From positions 22,119 to 86,118 of the forward strand of contig JBDRGF010000141.1 of the NCBI GenBank assembly GCA_043818055.1: a stretch of DNA of 64,000 nucleotides, read 5' to 3'. Below the pieces are notes generated by a model. The model ran no database searches. It saw nothing but the letters and a program-made list of their open reading frames with translations, and had not been told where the DNA came from. Source of the stretch: Pseudomonadota bacterium. Lineage in GTDB: Bacteria > UBA10199 > 2-02-FULL-44-16 > JBDRGF01. Shown here piece by piece: positions 28,548 to 37,164 of this stretch. The position numbers and the translations under genes are program-made. Each line of letters opens with the position of its first letter. Positions within the stretch are counted from its first letter, which is position 1.

Positions 28548-29036
28548 TCAGGGATGTCTAATAATTTGGTTGAAATGGATGTGATGAAAAGCGTTTTGAA
28601 AGAGGGTAAGAATATTCTTTCTCACTGCAGTTATGGTTGATGGATGGTGATCGTAGATGTTTGGCAATAGAGGCCAAAAACCTTTTTTTTCTTCGAGCTC
28701 CAGCGGTCCGGCTTCATCAATTAAAAATATCCGGGGAGAGCCGAAATCGATTTTTTTGATTTTATCGAAGATCTTAAAGTCAAACCAGTAATCCCGCCAT
28801 TTTGTTGAGCCATGGAAATGTGTGTTGCGAGTTAACGTCGATTTGAGGATGATTTGTGAATCTTTGATGATGTGGATATCATGCCCACATTTTACTCCCT
28901 CTTCCAATACAGGTGGAGAAATCCAGCCTGCCATTTGAATCCCCTTTTGAGTACAGTCTTTAAATTGTTTAAAGAGAAGAGTGCTCTTTCCTGAATTCAC
29001 ATCACCTGTGATGATGTAGTGGCCGCGTTCAAACAA
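28548..29036 (-). CDS. Small P-loop NTPase (THEP1/DUF2478-like)
   Basis: IITGDVNSGKSTLL Walker A and FLIDEAGPLEL Walker B, comparable to the IDEIG.MEL of THEP1-type NTPases. Confidence 0.55.
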   Translation of the reverse strand: MFERGHYIITGDVNSGKSTLLFKQFKDCTQKGIQMAGWISPPVLEEGVKCGHDIHIIKDSQIILKSTLTRNTHFHGSTKWRDYWFDFKIFDKIKKIDFGSPRIFLIDEAGPLELEEKKGFWPLLPNIYDHHPSTITAVRKNILTLFQNAFHHIHFNQIIRHP

Positions 29037-29694
29037 TGAGACCTCTAATTACTATGGCTGAAAGAGCTAAAATCAGGCTTGCAGTTGATACGGTGGCTAG
29101 ATTGATTCTTTTAAGAGATAGAAAATTTGGAAATCTCACAGTGGAATCCACAATAAGGAAAAAGATGGTTGTGAGAGCAATGGCTATAGGTGTGTTGATA
29201 AAAAGTGCCCTGATCGGATTTTCAAAGTAGATGGTGGAGTTTGGGCCAAAGAGGATGTAGGAGTTCAGGTTAAAGATCGGAATAAATGCTATGAATGTAA
29301 CAAGGGCTAATTTGAATATCTGATTGGGTTTTGGACATCTGTTTTTGAAAATGCCAGCAACCAGAAAAAATGCCAGGCCTTGTGAAAGAATGGCTGAAGC
29401 CGGGTTGATGATTCGATTGCTCAGAAGTGGCATTGAGAAGAGAATGATGTCGAAGAATTTAAACGATGCAGCTATGACGGCAACATATATAAGCTGGTGG
29501 GGTTTTAAGCCATTTCTCATCCCTAAATAGAGCAGGGCAAAGCCGATTGGAGCTAAAATCTGACCGGTTATCGGTGAGTGCATATGGTGAAGTAATCCGC
29601 CTAAACTTGCTTCAAAAAATCCCCAAAGCGATCCAATAAGTATAGCTACTGATATATTTGAATCTTTTGAATCCATATTCCCCTCCCAACTCAA
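29029..29694 (-). CDS. Polytopic membrane protein of unknown function
   Basis: 221 aa with about 6 TM spans. Overlaps the NTPase gene by 8 nt. Confidence 0.45.
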   Translation of the reverse strand: MSWEGNMDSKDSNISVAILIGSLWGFFEASLGGLLHHMHSPITGQILAPIGFALLYLGMRNGLKPHQLIYVAVIAASFKFFDIILFSMPLLSNRIINPASAILSQGLAFFLVAGIFKNRCPKPNQIFKLALVTFIAFIPIFNLNSYILFGPNSTIYFENPIRALFINTPIAIALTTIFFLIVDSTVRFPNFLSLKRINLATVSTASLILALSAIVIRGLIV

Positions 29695-29752
29695 TTACTT
29701 AGTGTTCTATCCATTGAAGACGGCGGAATCAAGAAAATAGTTTTAAACTTCA

Positions 29753-30845
29753 AGACGGAGCTAAAGCTAAGGACGCACTGGTTGTGTCCGAAAAAAATCC
29801 AGACGGAGCCCAAAATCGGACTTGTTGAGTCCGATTTTCGGACACATTTGAATATGTCAGATCTTGTAACATAGTGATTTTTCTAGGTTCCTGTTTTGGC
29901 ATCATTTTTGCTTATGTGATCTGTCATGGCCTACCTTGCTAGACAGGATATCATATTTAACGGCGCCACATTTCATATCACCTGGCAATGCCACAACTTC
30001 GACTTCTTTTTGGAAAGCGATGAAGCAAAAAAGGTCTATTACAATTTGCTGCTAAAATATAAGAAGAAATATGGGGTTACTATCTACTCATACTGCTTAA
30101 TGTCCAACCATCCCCATCTCACGGGATTTACTAAGACTGTTGATGGCCTCTCTGCCTTTATGAGAACTGTCAATTCGATGTTTTCCAGATGGTATAACAG
30201 GACAAATGGAAGAAGGGGGCAGGTTATCATGGATAGGTTTAAATCACCCGTAATTCAAACCGATGAGGTTTTACTCTGCGTTATGACATATGGAGATTTA
30301 AATCCCGTAAGGGCAAATATGGTAACAGACCCGAAGGATCACAAATGGAGTTCATATTGTTATTATGCCTATGGGGAGGCCGATCCTCTCATAACGCCGG
30401 CGCAATCGTATCTCAACCTTGGAAAAAACGATCATGAACGGCGGGAGGAATACAGGAGAATGGTCAGGACAGTAATCGTGGAGGATGGAAAAAATTGGAG
30501 GCGAAAATATTCGAATACATATTGTATAGGAAATCCAGATTGGGTGAAAGCCAGATTCGACAAGCTCAATGATATCAAACGTGCAAAGAGAGATGCATAT
30601 TCGAAGAGGCAGAGGGAATATCTCAATTCTATGTTTATTCCGTAACAAGCCAATAGTACGTACTTGGGAGAAGGCACATCTTAATGTTGAGGTCTATCTG
30701 TTCTCAGTAAAAAGTAAGTGATAATCAAAGAAGCAGTATCAATCGATTTCCAAACTCGTTATATAAGCTAAGAAAAAATCTCTAAAACAAAAAATCGAAC
30801 GTTTTTTATTCCAGATGCATCGTTTAAGTTGTTTTAGCTCCGTCT
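29753..30845 (+). mobile_element. IS200/IS605-like (RayT-type) Y1 transposase unit bounded by 13-bp inverted repeats
   Basis: AGACGGAGCTAAA (29753-29765) versus TTTAGCTCCGTCT (30833-30845). An extra CAGACGGAGC lies at 29799. Nested hairpins GTGTCCGAAAA/TTTTCGGACAC (29784/29835) and AAATCGGACT-TGTTG-AGTCCGATTT (29813-29837). Confidence 0.6.
29926..30645 (+). CDS. REP-associated tyrosine transposase-like protein (Y1 HUH, COG1943 type)
   Basis: FHITWQCHNFDFFL, the YCLMSNHPHL HUH motif, and YGDLNPVRANMV...HKWSSY carrying the catalytic Tyr helix region. Confidence 0.8.
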   Translation: MAYLARQDIIFNGATFHITWQCHNFDFFLESDEAKKVYYNLLLKYKKKYGVTIYSYCLMSNHPHLTGFTKTVDGLSAFMRTVNSMFSRWYNRTNGRRGQVIMDRFKSPVIQTDEVLLCVMTYGDLNPVRANMVTDPKDHKWSSYCYYAYGEADPLITPAQSYLNLGKNDHERREEYRRMVRTVIVEDGKNWRRKYSNTYCIGNPDWVKARFDKLNDIKRAKRDAYSKRQREYLNSMFIP

Positions 30846-30884
30846 GAAAATTAAATTTAAAGGAGTTGTAGCGGGACTCTGTGG

Positions 30885-32063
30885 CTATAATTTTAAATCT
30901 TTTTTTATTCGATCAGCCGCCTTTTGAATCTCAGCCATTGTCGGGACCAAGGCAAAACGCACGAAATTTTTGCCCGGATTAAGTCCGTCAGTCGTTGGAT
31001 TTGATATCCATTCCCCGGGGGTGACGACTATGCCCAAATTTAAAAGCTTTTCGGCGAGTTCAACGCCCGTCATTCCCTTTGGTGCTTTCTGCCACAAGTA
31101 GAAGGTTGCCTCCGTCTGGATTTCGGGGAGGCCGGCATTTTTAAGGGCATTTAGCATTATATTTCTTTTTTCTTTGTAACTCTTGCGCATATTTTCGGCG
31201 TGGATTTCATTATTTAGAGAGAGAGTGGCGACATCCTGAATGAAGAGAGGGGTGCCAGAGTCGATGTTGGTCTTCACCTTTCTGAATCCGCTTATGATTT
31301 TCTTATCTCCGGCGACAAATCCGACCCTGTAACCTGTCATATTGTTTCGTTTGGAGAGCGAGTAAAATGTGATAACTCCCTCTTTTTTGATCTGAAGCTG
31401 ACTTAGCGGTTTTTCATCAAAATAGATGTCAATGTAACAACCTTCATCTGCTGCAATTATGATGTTATATTTTTCAGCCCAATCGCATAGCTTTTTCAAC
31501 CATTCTCTTGTCGCCATCTTTCCCGTTGGAGAGTTTGGATAGTTTGTCCAGATTATCTTCGCGCGATTTGCGATCTCATTTGGAATGCTCTCAAAGTCGA
31601 TCAAATAATTATTTTCCTCGAGAAGAGGGACGAAATAAGGTTCTCCACCGGCAAATCGTGTTCCAGTCGAGTAGGGCGGATATCCCGGAGTAGGGCATAT
31701 GACGATATCGCCCGGATTTATAAATCCCAGCGGAAAATTGAAGACCGCCTCTTTCGCGCCTATCGTCGAACTTATTTCAGTCTCAGGATTGAGATCAACT
31801 CCGAAGTTATTATTCAAGTAAGCGCTAGCAGCCCTTCGAAACTCAATGTCGCCGATATAACTTGGATATCCATGAGTGCTTCTCTTCCTTGCAAATTCGC
31901 TTAAGCTATCGATGACAAAATCAGGAGTCGGACTCTTGGGATCACCGACTCCAAAATCAATCACCTCAACACCCTTTTTTTTGAGTTCGGCAACCTTTTT
32001 ATCCACCTCTGCAAATGGGTAAGCTGAAGTTTTTTGAATCCTATCTGAATATATTATCTCCAT
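30885..32063 (-). CDS. dapL: Class I/II aminotransferase, LL-diaminopimelate aminotransferase type
   Basis: SAYPFAEVDKKVAELKKKGVEVIDFGVGDPKSPTP N-terminus and a YSLSKR PLP-lysine motif. Last gene of the lysC-asd-dapF-lysA operon. Confidence 0.7.
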   Translation of the reverse strand: MEIIYSDRIQKTSAYPFAEVDKKVAELKKKGVEVIDFGVGDPKSPTPDFVIDSLSEFARKRSTHGYPSYIGDIEFRRAASAYLNNNFGVDLNPETEISSTIGAKEAVFNFPLGFINPGDIVICPTPGYPPYSTGTRFAGGEPYFVPLLEENNYLIDFESIPNEIANRAKIIWTNYPNSPTGKMATREWLKKLCDWAEKYNIIIAADEGCYIDIYFDEKPLSQLQIKKEGVITFYSLSKRNNMTGYRVGFVAGDKKIISGFRKVKTNIDSGTPLFIQDVATLSLNNEIHAENMRKSYKEKRNIMLNALKNAGLPEIQTEATFYLWQKAPKGMTGVELAEKLLNLGIVVTPGEWISNPTTDGLNPGKNFVRFALVPTMAEIQKAADRIKKDLKL

Positions 32064-32104
32064 AACATATGCTCCTTAACTTACGCACTCAAGCTCCTAA
32101 GCTC

Positions 32105-33325
32105 CTATACCACAAACCCCAAATTGTTTATCATCTCATCGAATGTCATTCTTCTTTTTATCTGTTTAATACTATCGCCATCCACCATTACTTCACACGC
32201 ATACGGCCTTAAGTTGTAAAGTGAACTCATGGAGTTTGTATATGCCCCGCTGGTGAGAATCGCGAGCAGATCACCCTCTCTTGGTATTGATATCTCAATA
32301 TCCTTTCCCAGCACATCACATGATTCGCAGATGTTGCCGACTATATCGGCTCTTATCTTTTTTTCATCGGGATTTGAGAGATTGATGATGTGATGGTAGG
32401 CGTCGTAAAATGCTGGCCTTATGAGGTGATTGAAGCCGGAATTGACGCCAATAAATGTTTTCGCACCGCTTTTTTTGACGTTAGTTACTTTTACAATGAG
32501 AGCGGTCGATTCAGCCACCAAAAATTTTCCCGGCTCAAATCTTATTTCGATCTCCTTACCATTGAGTTTTGAAAATTCTTCTATGGTACCCTTTATCGAT
32601 TCGTAAAAATCGCTGAGGTTGATAGGGGGGTTATCCGGATGATACCTCACGCCGAACCCTCCACCGAAGTCTAGAAAATCTAAGTTAGAAAATGCCTTTG
32701 CCACGGCTGCTATAATTTTTACAGCTTCGGAAAATGTCTTTGTATTGTAAAAGCCTGATCCGATGTGGCAATGGATTCCCAATACTGTGAGATTGTGTCT
32801 CTTCACCAAGTCCTTTGCATCATCAAAATTCATTCGGTCTATTCCGAATTTTGATTCATCTCCAGCGGTGATGACACCTTTGTTCTCGCCATCTCCAACT
32901 CCCGGATTGATCCGTAGCGAGATGTTAGATCCGCCAAATCGTTCTCCAAATCTTTTTAGTTCCGAGATTGAGCCGATATTGAGTAAAACTCCCTCCTTGT
33001 GAGCGAATTCCATCTCTTCGTCGCTTGAGTTGTTTCCTGTGAAAATGATTTCCGAGCTTGTAAAACCCACCATCTTTGCCATCTCAATCTCCCAAGGGGA
33101 GACGGCATCGATGCCATCCACACCAGCATTCTTCAATGTTTTAACGATAGCAGGGGTGTAGTTAGCCTTGATAGCGTAGAATATTTTGGTTTTCTGCCAC
33201 TTGAAGGCATCTTTAAAAATTTTAACACGGTGGAACAGACTATTTTTGTCTGTTACCAAAACCGGAGTTGAGAATTTGTCGGCAATATTCTTTGCTGTTG
33301 CAAGTGATGGTGTATAGATCTTCAT
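32105..33325 (-). CDS. lysA: Diaminopimelate decarboxylase
   Basis: YAIKAN PLP-Lys motif, HCHIGSG, GGGFG and EPGKFLVAES. 406 aa. Confidence 0.9.
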   Translation of the reverse strand: MKIYTPSLATAKNIADKFSTPVLVTDKNSLFHRVKIFKDAFKWQKTKIFYAIKANYTPAIVKTLKNAGVDGIDAVSPWEIEMAKMVGFTSSEIIFTGNNSSDEEMEFAHKEGVLLNIGSISELKRFGERFGGSNISLRINPGVGDGENKGVITAGDESKFGIDRMNFDDAKDLVKRHNLTVLGIHCHIGSGFYNTKTFSEAVKIIAAVAKAFSNLDFLDFGGGFGVRYHPDNPPINLSDFYESIKGTIEEFSKLNGKEIEIRFEPGKFLVAESTALIVKVTNVKKSGAKTFIGVNSGFNHLIRPAFYDAYHHIINLSNPDEKKIRADIVGNICESCDVLGKDIEISIPREGDLLAILTSGAYTNSMSSLYNLRPYACEVMVDGDSIKQIKRRMTFDEMINNLGFVV

Positions 33326-34149
33326 TATTTTGTCTCGATGCTTTTTAAATCAAGCTTTCCTGAAAATAGGTATTTTGCAGGGCCTGTCATATAAAAATCG
33401 CTATCAGTCCAGTTGAAGATGAGTCTTCCGCCTAAAAGATCGACTTTGACATCATTAAAACGGTTATTATTGGTAAACCGGTAAACCGCGGCTGCGGCCG
33501 CAGCTCCTGTTCCGCACGCCAGCGTTTCACCTGAACCCCTTTCCCAAACCCTCATCCTGATTTCTCCTGCAGCAACCTCTTCATAGAATTCGACATTAGT
33601 CCTCTCTGGAAAGAGCTTTAGATTATTTTCGATCGGCTCTCCATATTTTCGAACGTTAAAATTCTTGATGTCGAGTATTTTGATTACCGCGTGGGGATTG
33701 CCGACGTTGACTCTGTGAAAGGTAAACGATTGTCCGTTCGATTCAATATTTTCATTTGTGGAATTGATTTGAGGTGGGCTGAACAGCTTTGCTCTGATGT
33801 CATCTCCTAAAATTTCCCCAGTGACGATGCCCGCATTTGTTTCGACTGAGATCTTATTTTTTTTCGGATCCAGGGTATTCAACAGTCGCATGACAGATCT
33901 TACACCATTTCCGCAAATTTCCGCCTCGCTGCCATCCATGTTGAATATTCTCATTCTCGCATCAGCCTTTTTGCTTGGAAGAACGAGAATCACACCATCG
34001 CCGCCGATTCCAAATCTCCTGTCTGATATTACGCTGACTTTGGAGATGATCTCAGCCTCTGGCAGCTTTGTCTTTAAGCCTTCAAAATAGACATAGTCAT
34101 TTCCGATGCCTGTCAGTTTGTGAAACTCAATATTCATGTTCATCTTCAT
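33325..34149 (-). CDS. dapF: Diaminopimelate epimerase
   Basis: FHKLTGIGNDYV and the two catalytic Cys contexts MRIFNMDGSEAEICGNG and GETLACGTG. 1-nt overlap with the lysA start (TAATG). Confidence 0.9.
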   Translation of the reverse strand: MKMNMNIEFHKLTGIGNDYVYFEGLKTKLPEAEIISKVSVISDRRFGIGGDGVILVLPSKKADARMRIFNMDGSEAEICGNGVRSVMRLLNTLDPKKNKISVETNAGIVTGEILGDDIRAKLFSPPQINSTNENIESNGQSFTFHRVNVGNPHAVIKILDIKNFNVRKYGEPIENNLKLFPERTNVEFYEEVAAGEIRMRVWERGSGETLACGTGAAAAAAVYRFTNNNRFNDVKVDLLGGRLIFNWTDSDFYMTGPAKYLFSGKLDLKSIETK

Positions 34150-35144
34150 TCCTCCCCCAGAACATATTTTAAAATCTGTACTGCGTTTAGTGCCGAGCCT
34201 TTTAGGATCTGATCTCCCGATATGAAAAAATCGATTCCGAATTTTCCGAATATCAGACTTTGCCTGATCCTTCCAACCTCGACATTGAATTTCTCGCTCG
34301 ATGTTAGGGGCATAGGGTATTTGTCATTATGTGGTTCGTCAATCAGATCGACGCCGACTGCTTTGCTCAAAATGCTTCTGGTCCTGTCGGTATCGATCTC
34401 TTTTTCCGTCTCTATCGTTATGCTCTCAGAGTGCGATCTCAAAACAGGAACTCTGACGCATGTGCAGCTTATTCCCATAGAGTCGTCGTCAAATATCTTC
34501 CTCAGTTCCCATACCACTTTCATCTCCTCCTTCGTGTATCCGTTTTCCTGTAGAACATCTATTCTCGGGATCAGGTTGAAGGGAAGGGGATGAGAGAAGA
34601 TTTCATTTGTCGGTTTTTTGTTCTGAAGATAATCCGTCGTGCCATTTATCAGCTCTGTCATTGCAGTTGTGCCTGCGCCTGAGCTCGCCTGATATGTCGA
34701 GATGATGATCTTTTTTAATTTAAACACCTGATGAAGTGGCCAGAGGACGACGGAGGCAATGGCTGTTGTGCAGTTTGGATTGGCAATGAGCTTAGCTCCG
34801 ATCGCTCTGGAAGCGTTGATCTCAGATATGATAAGGGGGACATCTTTGTCATATCTAAATGCTGATGAACAATCGATGACCCTGCAACCTGCTGTGATTG
34901 CATGTGGCAGATATCTCTTCGATCTATCTGCCCCAGCTGCAAAAAATGCCCAAGTGCATCCATCGAAGCTCTTCTCATCGACGGCTTCGACCTCTTTAGC
35001 GCCATATGGCGTTTCGATTTTTTTTCCAGCTGATCTTGGTGATGCAAGAAGTCTTAACTCGCTGAATTGAACGTCGAGCTCTTTCAGGCAGTTGATGATA
35101 TCGAGGCCGACCGCCCCGGTTGCTCCAAGGATTGCAAGTTTCAT
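34146..35144 (-). CDS. asd: Aspartate-semialdehyde dehydrogenase
   Basis: MKLAILGATGAVG, the NPNCTT active-site Cys, and STYQASSGAG. 4-nt overlap with the dapF start. Confidence 0.92.
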   Translation of the reverse strand: MKLAILGATGAVGLDIINCLKELDVQFSELRLLASPRSAGKKIETPYGAKEVEAVDEKSFDGCTWAFFAAGADRSKRYLPHAITAGCRVIDCSSAFRYDKDVPLIISEINASRAIGAKLIANPNCTTAIASVVLWPLHQVFKLKKIIISTYQASSGAGTTAMTELINGTTDYLQNKKPTNEIFSHPLPFNLIPRIDVLQENGYTKEEMKVVWELRKIFDDDSMGISCTCVRVPVLRSHSESITIETEKEIDTDRTRSILSKAVGVDLIDEPHNDKYPMPLTSSEKFNVEVGRIRQSLIFGKFGIDFFISGDQILKGSALNAVQILKYVLGEE

Positions 35145-36520
35145 TATTTTTCACTTCCTTTAATGATTAATTTATCGTGCAACATTCTTAATGCATCCAA
35201 TGCCTGATGATTGTCAATCATCACGGTAATGTTGTTGGCGGAGGCCCCCATGCTTAAAGTGTAAGATGTGATTTTCTCCTGATGCAAGGTATCAAAAATC
35301 TCCGAAATTAGTTTGTTATCTCTGGCAACTTTCGTTCCAATGACACTGAGCTTGGCTATCTTTTCAAAGACCTCAACCCTTGCGACTTTGGAGAGGGCTT
35401 CATAGAGCCTCTTTGAATAGTCCTGGCTTCTGATCGAAAATGTGAACGACGTTTCGGATGTCGCGCAGACATCGCACGGTACCTGTTGATCGGAGAGCAC
35501 CTCTCCGACCTTTGCGATAAAACCTACACCGCCCAAAATTGCCGGATTTTCAAGGTTGATAAGCGTATTGTTGAGATTGATCACAACCCCTTTGATCCCC
35601 TCGCTCTTCTCGGCAGAGATCACGGTTCCCTTAAATTCTGGATTGAAGGTGTTGAGAACGTGAACCGGTATGTTTTTTCTGATGGCCGCGATAATCGATT
35701 TTGGATGAACTACCTTCGCCCCTCCGAATGCCATCTCGGATGCGACGTGTATGTCTAGCGTTGGCCATGAGAATGCCTTGTCGACAATTCTTGGATCGGC
35801 TGACATGATGCCATCCGCATCGGTCCATATATCTATAGCGTTTGCATCGAGGCTCAAAGCGGTGATGGCAGCCGTGTAATCGCTCCCGCCGATGCCTAGC
35901 AGTGTGACATCTCCGTGAGTATCCTTTCCGATGAATCCGGTTATCACAGGCGTTATATTCTTCGCGAGAAGGGGTTTGATCGTGTTCCTGAAAGCTATCC
36001 TTGTGGCTGCAAAGTTAACATTTGCTTCGAGGTATTGACTGTCGGTTCGTACGAGCTTTTTAGCGCTGATTCGTTTGCAGGGGATGTGAATCTCTTCGAG
36101 GGCGTAGCACATAAGAAAGCTAGATAGCCTCTCGCCGTACGAGAGAATCAATGCGTATGTCTTATCTGATACATCCCCGACAAGGCTTGTTCCATGGAGA
36201 ATTGCTCTCAGCTTTTCAAATCTCGGGTTGAAATCCTCTCGCCAGAGCTCTCTAGCGCGCATTGGGACGAGCTCATCGACTATCTTTTTGTACTTCTCTT
36301 CTATCTCATTTAGCTTCGCGCTGACAAGCCTCGGCTTTTGATTTTTGGCGAACTCCACTATCTCTATCAGCTGTCGTGTTACACCCCCGACAGCTGATAC
36401 GACTACAACGATCTGATGCTCATCCAGCCCATTTCTGACGATCCCAGCACACCTTTTTATACACTGGGCAGACCCCATTGATGTGCCGCCGAATTTTATA
36501 GTCCTTTTGAGTGTGGTCAT
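35144..36520 (-). CDS. lysC: Aspartate kinase
   Basis: IKFGGTSMG and VVVVSAVGGVT, with C-terminal ACT repeats. ATG 36520 has SD AAGGAAATAAGG. 1-nt overlap with the asd start. Confidence 0.9.
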   Translation of the reverse strand: MTTLKRTIKFGGTSMGSAQCIKRCAGIVRNGLDEHQIVVVVSAVGGVTRQLIEIVEFAKNQKPRLVSAKLNEIEEKYKKIVDELVPMRARELWREDFNPRFEKLRAILHGTSLVGDVSDKTYALILSYGERLSSFLMCYALEEIHIPCKRISAKKLVRTDSQYLEANVNFAATRIAFRNTIKPLLAKNITPVITGFIGKDTHGDVTLLGIGGSDYTAAITALSLDANAIDIWTDADGIMSADPRIVDKAFSWPTLDIHVASEMAFGGAKVVHPKSIIAAIRKNIPVHVLNTFNPEFKGTVISAEKSEGIKGVVINLNNTLINLENPAILGGVGFIAKVGEVLSDQQVPCDVCATSETSFTFSIRSQDYSKRLYEALSKVARVEVFEKIAKLSVIGTKVARDNKLISEIFDTLHQEKITSYTLSMGASANNITVMIDNHQALDALRMLHDKLIIKGSEK

Positions 36521-36733
36521 CCTTATTTCCTTAATTTTAGATAAAAAACAGTTTGTGCAATTACAGGTTAAATGAATATTAGTCAATTGTTTTTTAATTT
36601 GGATGAAATGAGAGAATAGTTTTAACGTTAGATGTAACTATATGAAAATAAAAGGCTTGTTACTCTGTAATCTTAAAAGAATGCGTTTTTCTGAAATCAA
36701 AATATCAATCTGAAATTCTTATTTAGAAAAAAG

Positions 36734-37033
36734 CTATATCATTCTGATCAACCACCCTAATATGATAAAATGGGCTGCGAGTGGGATTTTGAAGAGGGTC
36801 CAATATAGTATGGTGTAAACTGTGGTCCCGATCGTGATTGAATTGAGCCATATCTCGACGTTGATCTTGAAAAGGGTGGAGAAGGTTATGGCGATCGTTA
36901 TGTCATAAAATGAGCGTGTCTTTAAAAAGATGACTAGCTCTGCAATGATAAGAAAACCACCCAGTATCAAAAGTGTGGTTCCAAACCATTCAATTGTGGA
37001 CTTTTTTGTTGGTGAGGACTGGTACATGAACAC
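36734..37033 (-). CDS. Small three-TM membrane protein
   Basis: 99 aa with three hydrophobic spans in an AT-rich spacer region. Weak support. Confidence 0.35.
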   Translation of the reverse strand: MFMYQSSPTKKSTIEWFGTTLLILGGFLIIAELVIFLKTRSFYDITIAITFSTLFKINVEIWLNSITIGTTVYTILYWTLFKIPLAAHFIILGWLIRMI

Positions 37034-37132
37034 ATTTTACTCTTTTTTTTACTCTATGTCCAACAGGATTTATGAATTCAGCCTGTTCTTTGACTGATTT
37101 TTTGTAGGCAACTTTTTTGATTAGAAGTCGAT

Positions 37133-37138
37133 TATAAT
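37133..37138 (+). promoter_or_regulatory. Candidate -10 box (TATAAT) upstream of the 752-aa PRT-module gene
   Basis: Perfect TATAAT 27 nt upstream of ATG 37165. No good -35 seen. Confidence 0.3.
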
Positions 37139-37164
37139 AGTATAGAACAACTACGAGGTGATAT

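Noticed and set aside
29753-30845. Idea that this RayT-like transposase mobilises the abundant GGGGGAAGG or GCGCATGT repeats.
   Set aside because: Its own flanking hairpins (GACGGAGC, AAATCGGACT) share no sequence with those families. The link is unsupported within this window.
36521-36586. Longer N-terminal versions of lysC (36586), serA (41087), the permease (53460), coaE (8746) and the aminopeptidase (43479).
   Set aside because: In each case an internal ATG with a strong SD matches the canonical family N-terminus. The extensions are non-homologous or run into neighbouring genes or repeats.
36521-36733. Expected lysine riboswitch (L-box) upstream of lysC.
   Set aside because: The leader is AT-rich with none of the conserved GC-rich helices or the AGAGGCGC-type core that I could recognise. 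It needs a covariance-model scan to be sure.
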